Of a stretch of DNA of 64,000 nt, positions 19,401 through 29,530 are shown piece after piece. The stretch lies in IMG/VR virus record IMGVR_UViG_3300029922_000029, positions 1-64,000 of that record, one strand, 5' to 3'. The translations under genes were made by a program, and so were the position numbers. The stretch's first letter is position 1; every line of letters starts with the position of its first letter. A model generated the notes under the pieces. It made no database searches. It was not told where the DNA came from and saw only the letters and a program-made list of their open reading frames with translations. Source of the DNA: a virus.

Positions 19401-21044
19401 AAACAATAACACCACAGCCGAGATCCTGGATGCCAGGCTCTATACCACACCGAAGGAAGACGAATGACCCTACCAGACGAGCGAACGAGGGCTATTCAAT
19501 ACGCCCGTCAATTCCTGACAGATCTCGTGCACCCACATAAGACTAAAAAGATTCCGCTCGAGATCAGAAAGCGGGCGAGGTCAGTGCTGAAGCATTTTCC
19601 TGGTGAACTGGACATGGAGGCTGTGGCTCGAATTGTTCCTGGAGTCTTTGGGCTGCCTGATAAGAAGGAAGACGCATGAGCGGAGACACGAAAGACTGTG
19701 AAACCAAGAAAGACATCATCGATGGGATGCGGGAGAAACTCGAGGACACCCTCCTTACGGCTACAAAAGAGACCGAAACCGAGAAACCAGTGATCCGCGA
19801 TGTGGTGAAAATAAACGAGATCGTGATGACCACTACACGCAAGATTCAAAAAGTCATCGATGATAGCGCTGAACCGCTCCATGAGCGTCAGGCGTGGCTG
19901 ATTCGCAGTCGCGTGATCAATGCCGTATTCCAGATGCACTACGGCATGTCCATTCAGGCGGCTGAAAACTTAATTAGAAAAGAGGACCCAGATGGCGAAA
20001 GATCTTAAAGTCGGAGAGCGAGTCAGAGTCTATGGGCACTTCATTGATGGTCTTGATTGGATCTGCACCTCTTGGAGGGGCGAAAAAGGGACCGTTCAAG
20101 ATTTCTTAGGTGGGGTGGGGGCGCGCGGTATTACCGTCAGTCTAGATGAGCCTATCGGTAACAAGAGTACTAAATTAGTACGAGTTCACATCAATCAGTG
20201 CCGACGGCTGAGAAAGAAAAAGAAACTGAAGGCCATCTGGATTCACTGGAAAGCTGTTCAGACTTTGGCAGATACTGGCGAGTCTTATGATGGTGCCACT
20301 ATTCTTTGTTCGCCTCCTGTGGCTGTTGTTGAGAGTAACTGGGTTAAATTTGAAAGGACAAAATGAAATACACAGACCTCATCGAAGCCATTCAGACTGC
20401 AGCCGAACTCTATAAACGGAAGCATAATAAACCAATGGAGATCTTCGACTTCAACTTCGAGGATGACCGCTCGGCCGGCATCCGAATCGAGGCTTGCTCG
20501 AAGGTTATCTGTGAGCACGGCGAGTTTATGGGAAGCAAAACAGGAAAGAAACCGCTCGCCAAGATCATCATCACTTTCGAATTCTTTGGCGGAAAGCTGG
20601 ATGACCGGGCTGTGCAATTTGAAGACGAGGATGACGAATGAGCTTATGTGGAGATAGTTATTGCGGATTGAGTCACACACACTGCTGTGGGTGCGACATC
20701 GACATGGGCCGGGGTGACGTCCATTATTACATCTCAGATCGAATCCACTGCACTTCATGCTGGGTGAAAAATCAGTCTGTTGAGGTGTGGAAACGGTCGC
20801 CGGAGAGTACGGGGGAGGCAACGGGAGTATGAACCCAATGTATCAATCAACCCTCTTTGATGCCACACAGCATGCAATTGACCGATCCAGGCGGCAGGGT
20901 GTTCCAATGTATGTCTACGGAGACGGTGAGAAAGTGTACGTGAGATCAAAAGAAGAGGGCGTTCCAGATGGTACTGAACTCATCACTACACGAGACTGGA
21001 TCAAAGAAAATGGGAGTCCTAGAGTATGGCCAAAACCAAACTGA
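16447..21044 (+). other. Run of about 15 small, translationally coupled hypothetical phage ORFs
   Basis: ORFs at 16447, 16683, 17270, 17679, 17921, 18529, 18921, 19159, 19464, 19676, 19992, 20363, 20638 and 20829, mostly with RBS or ATGA overlaps. Confidence 0.75.
19464..19679 (+). CDS. BPSL0761-like small phage protein
   Basis: MTLPDERTRA...FL.DL...P.EIRKRARSVLKHFP. Confidence 0.65.
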   Translation: MTLPDERTRAIQYARQFLTDLVHPHKTKKIPLEIRKRARSVLKHFPGELDMEAVARIVPGVFGLPDKKEDA

Positions 21045-21502
21045 ATGACCTGACCTATACAAAAATCCAACAACGCACTCACAACGACTGCGGAATCGCC
21101 TGCATCGCCATGTATGCGAGAGTGTCTTATGAAGATGCCCACAAAGCAGTCCTGAACTACGATTCCCACATGCCGAAGATCGGAGTCAGCCGCGGAACCA
21201 TGATCCGGGCTCTCAAAGATCTCGGCGTGAACGCAGCCAAGTCTTGGCAGTTCTTCGATGGAATCCCGTGCATTGTTTCAGTCCCATCCTTGAATACTGA
21301 GGCGGCGATGCATTCTGTCTTTTGGAACGGAAACACGCAAGAGGTCTACGACCCTCAAGCCGGCAAAGAGGCCAAGAAGTTCTACACCTCCGATCTCATC
21401 TACAAAGGCTGGTCGACCACCGTGGTGGACATCGACGCGGCAGCTGAAGGGATGGGGGTCAGTGTGGCTGAAATTAAGAGGTTTATTAATCGAGATGAGT
21501 GA
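21026..21502 (+). CDS. Peptidase C39-like papain-fold cysteine protease
   Basis: QQRTHNDCGIACIAM ... HSVFW ... YDP. Confidence 0.8.
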   Translation: MAKTKLNDLTYTKIQQRTHNDCGIACIAMYARVSYEDAHKAVLNYDSHMPKIGVSRGTMIRALKDLGVNAAKSWQFFDGIPCIVSVPSLNTEAAMHSVFWNGNTQEVYDPQAGKEAKKFYTSDLIYKGWSTTVVDIDAAAEGMGVSVAEIKRFINRDE

Positions 21503-21618
21503 TCCTAAAGACGTCCAGTGCACCCTATGCCCAGAAATAGTCCGGTATGGCTCCACTTGTTGCCTCTGGGAAGGTGCGCGCGTTCACCCCATCTGTTTTA
21601 TAAAAATCAGGGAGAAGC

Positions 21619-21990
21619 ATGCCCATCAGACCCGAGAACAAGAAGCTCTACCCGTCAAATTGGAAAGAGATCCGCCGTGGAATAATCGAACGATCCGGAA
21701 ACCGCTGTGAGTGGCCTGGATGTGGCGTAGCAAATGGAGCCATCGGATTCTGGGCGGCGGAAACTTTTGTCAGCCGACATGGCGAGACAGATAAAGCAGA
21801 GGCTGCTAGCTACTTTGATCATCCCGTCATTAAAATCGTCTTAACGACGGCACATCTGGATCACAATCCGCCCAACTGCGACCCAAGCAATCTCAGGGCT
21901 TGGTGTCAAAGGCACCACCTGAGGTATGATGCGCCGATGAAGGCATTGAATCGAAAGAAACGAAAGGAACAATCATGCAAGACCAAGTAG
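21619..21990 (+). CDS. HNH-like nuclease
   Basis: CEWPGC ... LTTAHLDHNPPNCDPSNLRAWCQRHHLRYD. Confidence 0.8.
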   Translation: MPIRPENKKLYPSNWKEIRRGIIERSGNRCEWPGCGVANGAIGFWAAETFVSRHGETDKAEAASYFDHPVIKIVLTTAHLDHNPPNCDPSNLRAWCQRHHLRYDAPMKALNRKKRKEQSCKTK

Positions 21991-22307
21991 AAATCACAGT
22001 CCACGCCCTATTCCCAGCTTCCACCCCAACCTTCTCGAATATTTGGCTCCAAACCTTTTCCAAGACGTATCTACACCATCTCGAGCGGGCTGTTGCAGAG
22101 TTGCCCGCATCTTACTCGTATCGCTTCGCAGAAGTCCCAGCGGTTCATGCTCGGATGATGGCAGCCGTGATCAAGAGAGCCTTCAATAAGGACTCGATTG
22201 CATTCAAAAGAACCTGCAAGGAACTCAACATCCCCTATACCTACGCGGGGATCAAAAACTATCTGGAGAAAGGAAAAACCAGCGATGCCCCAGCCGAAGC
22301 CCAGTGA
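21975..22307 (+). CDS. Hypothetical protein
   Basis: AAGGA RBS, 110 aa. Confidence 0.65.
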   Translation: MQDQVEITVHALFPASTPTFSNIWLQTFSKTYLHHLERAVAELPASYSYRFAEVPAVHARMMAAVIKRAFNKDSIAFKRTCKELNIPYTYAGIKNYLEKGKTSDAPAEAQ

Positions 22308-22680
22308 CCCCAAACTCATCGAGCTTGCCACTCGAATCCGAACCCTCATGAGAGAATACGATGCCGGTGGCACAATCTCTTTAGTCTCAAAGACGCACGG
22401 CGAGTTTGCAATCGTGTTCCCTCGGTGGTCAGGGATCTCTGAAGAGCCTCAGGGGATTCGAATGAGGTTTAAGAAAGAAGAGCAAGAAATCGCAGAAGGT
22501 GCCGCACACTTCGTCGTCAGTTCGATGCAGGTGAACGAAATGTTTGTTGAGGATTTCTCCGAGCTATTCGACGCTTTGAGAGCCAAGAATATCATTTCTT
22601 TCAGTAATCTAGACAGCCGGATCACAAGATCAGAAGTCTCCAAACTTCCTGCGGTTCATCTTGTGCCACTACAAGATTGA
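22285..22680 (+). CDS. Hypothetical protein
   Basis: MPQPKPSDPK... preceded by an RBS. Confidence 0.65.
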   Translation: MPQPKPSDPKLIELATRIRTLMREYDAGGTISLVSKTHGEFAIVFPRWSGISEEPQGIRMRFKKEEQEIAEGAAHFVVSSMQVNEMFVEDFSELFDALRAKNIISFSNLDSRITRSEVSKLPAVHLVPLQD

Positions 22681-22822
22681 GACTGAGGAACTCAACAGGC
22701 GAGTATTCCGCTGCTGACACACGGCTCGTCTGGCTGGTATCACTCACTCTCATGACTCCGGGCTTGCCTTTCGGGTGGGCCCGGAGTATTTGTTTACCTA
22801 TGAAATCTCGGAGTATATTCTC

Positions 22823-23823
22823 ATGAAGATCCCGATGGCTCAGAGCGACGGATGGTTCCGGTATTATGCCTCTTCGCCCAACTACAATCTACTCGTCACT
22901 CCCCACCCGGACTTCGAACAGATCGTGATCCGGCAGCCCATGGATTATGAGTTTGCTCGCTCGCGCGCGATTGAAGTCGGCTGCATCGTGGTGGATGAAA
23001 TCTGCCTGCCTCACTTCATTGATCTTCCGAACGTCGCGGTCTTTGGAATCGGCGACGACCTCCATTCTTGGGATCAGAAGCGGTACGACATGACCAGTCA
23101 CTTCTCAAGAAATTGCAACCTGGTCTTCTCCGATTACATGCTCACCCGACCTCACCCTATGACCTGGGGGCGCAGCCTCGCCCTGAGCGTGGAAACTACA
23201 TCTTCTGCCCGAACCACGCTCAGGGAACGACTGCCCCCAAGTGGCGCGAGTGGGGAGAACGAAAAAGCGTCATTGTACCTGGCACCATCAATCCTAAGGT
23301 CTACCCCTTCCGGACGATGTGCTCGGAGCTCCCGGGAGTCGAAAAACAGCTCATCTCCTCGATTCCTAAGCAGGACGAGCAGTGGCGATATCATGAGGGG
23401 TTCGTCGACTGGATTTCTCATTACAGGATTGGCATCACCTGCAATTCGGTACTCGGCTATACGGTGGCGAAGTACTTCGAGATTCCTTTGGCAGGCGCTC
23501 TTCTTTTTGCGGCCGACATCGAGAACTCCTTTGAGAAAATGATGTACGGATTCACAGGTGAGAACTCTGTGCTCATCTCACGGAAACATTGGGACCACGC
23601 TAAATATTCATTAGGCTCGATGCTCGGCACGGACAATTGCGCTCAGATTATTGCACAGGAGGGGCAGCGTCTCATCCTGCACCGCCACACAGCCGTGCAG
23701 CGTCTCAACCTCATTTCATCGATCGTCAAAGATTACTTGGCGGGAACATTCCAGCCCTACGATCAGTGGCAGCATTTTGTGGATTCTTGGGGGCCGGCTA
23801 AGTCTCACTGGGGCAATACATGA
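22823..23823 (+). pseudogene. Glycosyltransferase (Glyco_trans_1_2-like) split by a frameshift at G5 (23166-23170)
   Basis: The N-half (…GDDLHSW…VFSDY…) and the C-half (…VYPFR…YTVAKYFEIPLAGALL…EGQRLILHRHT) are in different frames. One extra G joins them. Confidence 0.7.
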
Positions 23824-23936
23824 AGTGGTTTTTGAAACTCATGGAAATCGTCATGGTCGCAGGAATCTTTACGATCGTCTTCATTATTTTGTTGTTGGCT
23901 AAACAAATCTGTTTCGACCTCTTGGGTCATCTATGA
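23820..23936 (+). CDS. Small single-TM protein between two glycosyltransferases
   Basis: MKWFLKLMEIVMVAGIFTIVFIILLLAKQICFDLLGHL*, with ATGA overlaps at both ends. Confidence 0.6.
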   Translation: MKWFLKLMEIVMVAGIFTIVFIILLLAKQICFDLLGHL

Positions 23937-24967
23937 AAATCCTCGGCATTTCCAACCCAGAATTCATCGGCGTGACGGTTGCCACCAAAGCGATTTGCAC
24001 GTCGCACTATCCAGTGCCTCACCTGGATCCCGGCCCTCAAATCGCCCGCATGGCTGAAGTAGTCTTAGATCAGAAACCTAATCTTCTGACTGTGGGCGGC
24101 TGGAGCCGCGGTTATCTCGAGTTGCTCGAATATCTAAGGCGTGCTGGCCGCAAGTTCCCTGTCATCTGTGTGCACCACGGAACCGTGTTCCACCGGCAGG
24201 CCTTTAATGACGGGATCTACCGGCCCCAGATGGATGCGGCTGTGACGAAAGGCTTGATTGATCTCATGGGTTATGTGCACCCCGGTGAGGCCGACTACCA
24301 GCGGACATTCCTCAAGAAAAGGCGAACTCTTTGGGTGCCTCACGCCTTCCCGGCGAGCCCGATTGAACCCCGGAAGCACGACCTGAAGCACTTCCGCGTG
24401 GGCGTACTAGGCGGCATGACAAGCGTCTTAAAAAACACGGATGGTGCGATCCAGGTGGCTGAGGCTTGGTGCCGACAGTACTCGGGGGGTACGGCCGAAG
24501 TCGTGAGTCAACAAGCCTATGACAAGCCCCATGCCGAGTTTCTCCACCTCCTGAGCTCATGTGACTCTCTTCTCCATCTCTCATGGCTTGAGTGCTACCC
24601 CAACATACTCCAGGAGGCATGGGGACTGGGTGTGCCAACTCTGGCGGGCCCGGCATCGCTCGGTCTCATGCACTCGCCCTTTTTTAGCCCCGAGGTTCGT
24701 CAGATGCTAGATCTCCTGACCATGAAGTCGACCAACGACGCCTTTGAAGTTTTTGAGGGTCTCGAGCGGATCCTGATATCCGGTCATGATCTTCGGCTTA
24801 GGCTTTGGGGGATCCAAAAACAACTCCATGCCAGCACAAACGCCTACCTTTGGGAGATGTTCCAGAGGATCTGGGATGGTTACCGGAACCACTCGCTCTA
24901 TGACGCCAGGCTCTTCGACGCCTATCCGACTAATTCACTTCAGCGGGTTTCCCATCTCGGCATGTGA
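23933..24967 (+). CDS. GT-B (GT4-like) glycosyltransferase
   Basis: SWLECYPNILQEAWGLGVP (E-x7-E motif) and LKN. Confidence 0.75.
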   Translation: MKILGISNPEFIGVTVATKAICTSHYPVPHLDPGPQIARMAEVVLDQKPNLLTVGGWSRGYLELLEYLRRAGRKFPVICVHHGTVFHRQAFNDGIYRPQMDAAVTKGLIDLMGYVHPGEADYQRTFLKKRRTLWVPHAFPASPIEPRKHDLKHFRVGVLGGMTSVLKNTDGAIQVAEAWCRQYSGGTAEVVSQQAYDKPHAEFLHLLSSCDSLLHLSWLECYPNILQEAWGLGVPTLAGPASLGLMHSPFFSPEVRQMLDLLTMKSTNDAFEVFEGLERILISGHDLRLRLWGIQKQLHASTNAYLWEMFQRIWDGYRNHSLYDARLFDAYPTNSLQRVSHLGM

Positions 24968-25069
24968 GAGCACCGCATTAAAAACCACTTTGCACATCTA
25001 TTTATCGGACTGATTAAATCAGGATTGATTCGGCGCTCTGGCTGAATTGCTGTGTTTTTAATCCCGACT

Positions 25070-25527
25070 GGTTTCCTCAACAACAGCATGCACCCAAAAA
25101 GTTGGGTGCAGATTATGACTTTCAACTTACTGAGAGCATTCAGTAACGCAGTGCTGCGCACCCAATGCACCCAACTTTTACTACTAGAGAGCAAGTTTAT
25201 AGGGGGTATGAATCTTCACCCAACTCCCCAGTTCTAGTATTGTACGTTCAACAGGGTTTTCTAACTCATAATATACTACCTTTCAGATCAACTATACACC
25301 ATTACCCTATATAGCTTAGTGTTATCACTTGGCTAGGCAATGACTCAGTGTATATAGAGTAACCGTTTGAATTGGTTTCTACGCATTGTGTTGATGATTC
25401 TTTTCCCTATAAACTTGCTCTCTAGTAGTAAAAGTTGGGTGTTTGGGTGCACGAGTACTTATCTATTTGAAATGATTCAGTTCATCTGCACCCAACCCAG
25501 TTGGGTGCACGATTTGTTGATTGAACC
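25070..25527. repeat. Large inverted repeat with CACCCAA boxes around an AT-rich core, probable replication origin
   Basis: Perfect 37-bp arms at 25168-25204 and 25405-25441, outer palindromes at 25089-25110 and ~25487-25510, all in non-coding DNA. Confidence 0.7.
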
Positions 25528-25639
25528 ACTCGCCCATAGCACAGTCCTGTCTCCCTGGAGTCAAGACTGTAATCAGCCCGACGCTTCCTCTTTGGGGCCT
25601 CTGATTTGCCCTAGGAGCCCGCGCATGTCATGATGAGAA

Positions 25640-25746
25640 GTGTGAGGTCGCCTGGCCACGTGATTGGCCAACCACGGACTCCCTGGGCCCCGGGAAGAGG
25701 GATAATCTAGGTGCCGGGGCATTCACTCCGGGGGCGGCCGCCACAC
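25640..25746 (+). ncRNA. Candidate multibranch structured RNA or 5' leader
   Basis: Closing stem GTGTGAGGTCGCC/GGCGGCCGCCACAC encloses three hairpins. It starts just after TTGCCC-17-CATGAT. Confidence 0.45.
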
Positions 25747-25982
25747 AAGATAACGAGGTGCAGCATTGGACCCCGCTCCTGAGATCCGTTATGGCACGCT
25801 GTGGCATAGGTCAGCCGCTAACCTCTGCGTCCTCGACACGCAAGGGATCCTCTGGTGGCTCCAAGAAGGCGCAGATCGCGGCGTCTACAAAACCATGCAA
25901 GAAGGTTCCTGTGTCCTCGTCCATGTGATAGGAAGTAAGCTGAAGCCCGGCTTACACGTGGTCGCTGTCGAGGAGATTCGAA

Positions 25983-26525
25983 ATGGACACGATGAGTCGA
26001 AAAAAAGCTGAGCCGCAGCGTTCGCTACTCGACGCAGATTCCGTGACTCCGGTCGTCGCCGATCCGAACTCAGCTGACCAGCTCATCAAAGCCGATCATC
26101 TCAATTTTTACACCTCAACCGTCCACTACACGACGGAACCTCTTCCCACGCTCGTCCTCCAGTTCACGACAACTCCGGCGCCATCCATGAGTCTGTTTAA
26201 TCGACTCGAGTCTTTACTGATCGATCATGCGCCTGATGAAGAGAAACCCAAGAACACCGAGATCGTTCTCACCTTCCTGTTTGAGCCCGAGGGCAATGAC
26301 AAGCGAATCTTTCGCGACAAGATTGGGTCCGGCACCCATCTCGAGTCGGTGAGCACTTCGATCAGTTTCCCTAAAAAAGATCCCGCTAAATTCTTGGAAA
26401 AGATCGACGAACTTCAGCGAGTTCTTTTGATCGTCAGTTGCCTCGACTATGAAGCGCTGCTCGTGATCGATCGTGAGGCGAATGAGATCGAATACAGGCA
26501 TCTGCTGTGCCGACGGTTGCACTGA
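25983..26525 (+). CDS. Hypothetical protein
   Basis: GAGGAG RBS, 180 aa. Confidence 0.75.
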   Translation: MDTMSRKKAEPQRSLLDADSVTPVVADPNSADQLIKADHLNFYTSTVHYTTEPLPTLVLQFTTTPAPSMSLFNRLESLLIDHAPDEEKPKNTEIVLTFLFEPEGNDKRIFRDKIGSGTHLESVSTSISFPKKDPAKFLEKIDELQRVLLIVSCLDYEALLVIDREANEIEYRHLLCRRLH

Positions 26526-26548
26526 CTACACAGGCATGGGATAATCAG

Positions 26549-26744
26549 GGTGGGTGAGGAGATTGTTTGCTGAGGCCCGATGTTGATCGCCCCACCTAGA
26601 CTGCTGGTATTTCTGGGCTCACGGATGAGCCACTCTGCCGGGTAAGCCCCGTGTCGAGACCCAGACAAGGATGTCAGACGGAAACGCCCGGTTTAGGTCT
26701 GGCTGCGATTCCGTCCCCCTCGGCCCCTTTCTCCTCACCTCACC
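26549..26744 (+). ncRNA. Candidate ~195-nt rod-shaped ncRNA (6S-like architecture)
   Basis: GGTGGGTGAGGAGA pairs with TCTCCTCACCTCACC, with nested stems inside. Promoter TTGCAC-17-GATAAT at 26517-26545. Confidence 0.55.
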
Positions 26745-27085
26745 TCAAAGCAGTGTAGTCAGCAATTAAACCCAAGCAAAAATTGATTCGAAGCGGGTAT
26801 GAGTTTTACAGAGGAAACTTATATGGCCACTGATCAATGGGAAGTCCGGTCTGCAGAAGGTTCACACGTCGTTATCCGTCCCGATGACGGACAAATGATC
26901 GCCCGGTTCTATGGCGATTTCGACAGTAATCAAAACGCCTTCAAGCGAGCAAATCTATTTAAGAAGTGCCCGCGAGTTCTCGAGGAACTCGCTGACCTCA
27001 TCAATGCCTGCGAAAAGGAACTTCCTGAACATGTGCGGGATCGCGTGCTGAAGGCGCCACTGGAGTTGCTTCGGGAGTTGCGGCG

Positions 27086-27555
27086 GTGATTTGGCTTTGG
27101 ATTGTATTGGGTCTATGTCTCGCCAATTTAGTATTTTTCTTGGGCATTTGTGTAGGCTACGTGAACGGAAAAGAGCAGGTAAGAAAAGTAGAAGGCGAAG
27201 AAATATGGCACTGGCTTTTCCGTAGGCGTAACGAGGCGCCTATGGGGAGTGGTGAAGAAGAAGCATTCAAAGAGGCACATGAAATGATCGAACATTGGCA
27301 GCTCATGGGGAGGGTAGGATGACTTTATTGTCTGGAATAAAGATTGTCAGCGTCGAGAGTCTAATGTTTACCACCTATAGTTTTGGTCTCATCTCTGCGC
27401 TCTACATTATGAGGATACAGAGACGAATTGTGGGGCATAAGATGGTGGAATGGCTTTACAAAAAAGAGAAGGCTGATGTGTTGGATGGTTTAAATGCCTT
27501 CAATACCACGAGGTGTATGGTGAGACGCTGGATGCAAACTGGAAGGGTGGAATGA
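27086..27555 (+). other. Two similar small single-TM proteins (27086-27322 and ~27319-27555)
   Basis: Each has an N-terminal TM, a W(L)F/Y motif and a W.. .GRV ending. Confidence 0.55.
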
Positions 27556-27654
27556 ATGACATGGGAATGGGAGCTACTCCGGTTTATCGCAGAAGCTTTC
27601 GGATGCCTCTGCATTGGTTACATCTTAGGAATTCTTTTCTAACAGGAGATTAAA

Positions 27655-29487
27655 TTGTTAAAAACCCTCAGTATTAAGCATTTCAGGGGACACAACGGCA
27701 CTTTCCACTTCGGCCCAGGCCTGAACCTGATCCGAGGCCCGAACGAAGGCGGCAAAACCACCATCGCTGAGGCCATCAAGTTCTTGTTCACGGGCTCCGA
27801 TATCTTGGATTCGCCGTCGACAGAGCATCTCATTACGACCGGGCATGACGCATGCGAAGTCACTCTGATCACGGCCAAGTCAGCCGTCACGCGCAAGAAG
27901 AAACGAAACGGAACCAGTCAGATCAAGGTGGCAATCGGCGACACGCCGGCAGTCGAGATCAAGCAGCAAGACATAGACGAACGGCTGATTGGGATGTCTC
28001 CGCAACTCTTCACGGCTTGCTGGCTGTCGGGTTACTTCATGAATTCCCTCGATGAGGAAGGGCGCATGCAGCTCTTGGGCTCAGTGAGCAATGTCAACCG
28101 TGCCGACATTCTCTTGAGCCTCCTGCCTCCGGATTCTCAGATTCCATACAAGGTGAAGTGCGAGGACCCGGCTGTTGACTTGCGAGTCATCACTGAAGAC
28201 AGAAGGAGTCTTCAGAACGTATTGTCGTCTGACGAAGGTGCGCTGCGTGAAGTCGTGGCGTCGATTGAGGCCACACTCTCAGGTGGAAAGGAGGCCACTC
28301 CGGATTCCGGAGTCATCCAGCAACACGTGAATGAACTCACGGCCCAGCTCGAGCTCCATGCGGGTTACCAGCGGGATCTGTCCCGGTATGAGAACTCGCT
28401 GAGGTTGAAAGAGCAGTATGACCAATCTGTGAAGGGAGCGCATGATCGGTTCAATGCGGCCGAGCAAAACGTCTTGGCATTGAGTGCAAAGCTGTCACCT
28501 AATTCACTCGGAGATGTGCCGATCCTTCAGGACTATTCGCCCGAAGTGTTTCGACTCACCGGTCTCAAGAAGGTGCTTCCGCAGGCCCCACAAAAGCCGA
28601 AGCTGCCAGAAGGAGATCAGAGTGGCAGTTGCCCCGTCTGCCTTCAGACCATCACGAGTGATCACCGGCATGCCGTCATCAACGAGTACGAAACGACGCT
28701 CATGGCTTACAACAAGGAGGCGTCCGAAGTCAGTCAGCACAACCTCAAGATCCAAGCCGAGATCGATAGCCTTCAGAAGAAAGCTAACGAAGAGCAGGTT
28801 GCCAAGAACGAGTACCACAGGGTTGAGACTCAGATTACGCGCGAGCTCGAGACTGCCAGAAAACTGGTTGCAGATCTCAGGAAAGAGATCATGTCCCAGA
28901 AGGAGCCGACAGTCGTCTTTGCTCCAGCCAAGCCCGAAGGAGATCAGCAGGAGCTTAGTAACCAGTTGGTTACTAAGAAGGCGCTGCTTCAAAACCTCAT
29001 GGACAGGCAGGGAAAACTTGAGGGTCAACAGGAGCGCCGTAATCTTCTCGAGCAGACGATCCAGAATCGGAAAGCACAGATCGCTTGGCTTGAAGTGGTG
29101 GGTCGGGCGCTCGAACAACTCCCGATTGTCGAAGCCGAAGCAATCGCGAAGACTCTCCAGATTGATGACGGCAGACTCACGATCCAGAGGTTCCAGCGGA
29201 AATCGGCCGGCAAGACCTTGGAGCGTGCGGAGCCCGTCATCACGGATGCGAATGGGGTGAACTATCTGGCACTGTCCTCGGGACGCCGGATCAGGCTCGA
29301 TTCCGAGCTTTGCTATAAGTTCCAGGAACTCACGGATGCGGCTGGGCTACGGGCTCCGAAGCTTCTCTTTGTTGACAACAAAGACCTGGTGGACCGGCAA
29401 GTCAAGCTGGTTCCTGGTGTTCAAGTTCTCCTCTGCCATGTCGACCCTTCGGTGGGCACGGGCATTCTCGTTGATATCGTTGAATAA
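27655..29487 (+). CDS. sbcC: SbcC/Rad50-like ABC ATPase (recombination nuclease subunit)
   Basis: GPNEGGKTT, coiled coil with a CPVC hook, LSSG signature and LFVDN. Confidence 0.9.
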   Translation: MLKTLSIKHFRGHNGTFHFGPGLNLIRGPNEGGKTTIAEAIKFLFTGSDILDSPSTEHLITTGHDACEVTLITAKSAVTRKKKRNGTSQIKVAIGDTPAVEIKQQDIDERLIGMSPQLFTACWLSGYFMNSLDEEGRMQLLGSVSNVNRADILLSLLPPDSQIPYKVKCEDPAVDLRVITEDRRSLQNVLSSDEGALREVVASIEATLSGGKEATPDSGVIQQHVNELTAQLELHAGYQRDLSRYENSLRLKEQYDQSVKGAHDRFNAAEQNVLALSAKLSPNSLGDVPILQDYSPEVFRLTGLKKVLPQAPQKPKLPEGDQSGSCPVCLQTITSDHRHAVINEYETTLMAYNKEASEVSQHNLKIQAEIDSLQKKANEEQVAKNEYHRVETQITRELETARKLVADLRKEIMSQKEPTVVFAPAKPEGDQQELSNQLVTKKALLQNLMDRQGKLEGQQERRNLLEQTIQNRKAQIAWLEVVGRALEQLPIVEAEAIAKTLQIDDGRLTIQRFQRKSAGKTLERAEPVITDANGVNYLALSSGRRIRLDSELCYKFQELTDAAGLRAPKLLFVDNKDLVDRQVKLVPGVQVLLCHVDPSVGTGILVDIVE

Positions 29488-29530
29488 CAGAGTTTGACTT
29501 CTCCCCCGCACTGAGGTTAGGGTGCGGGGG

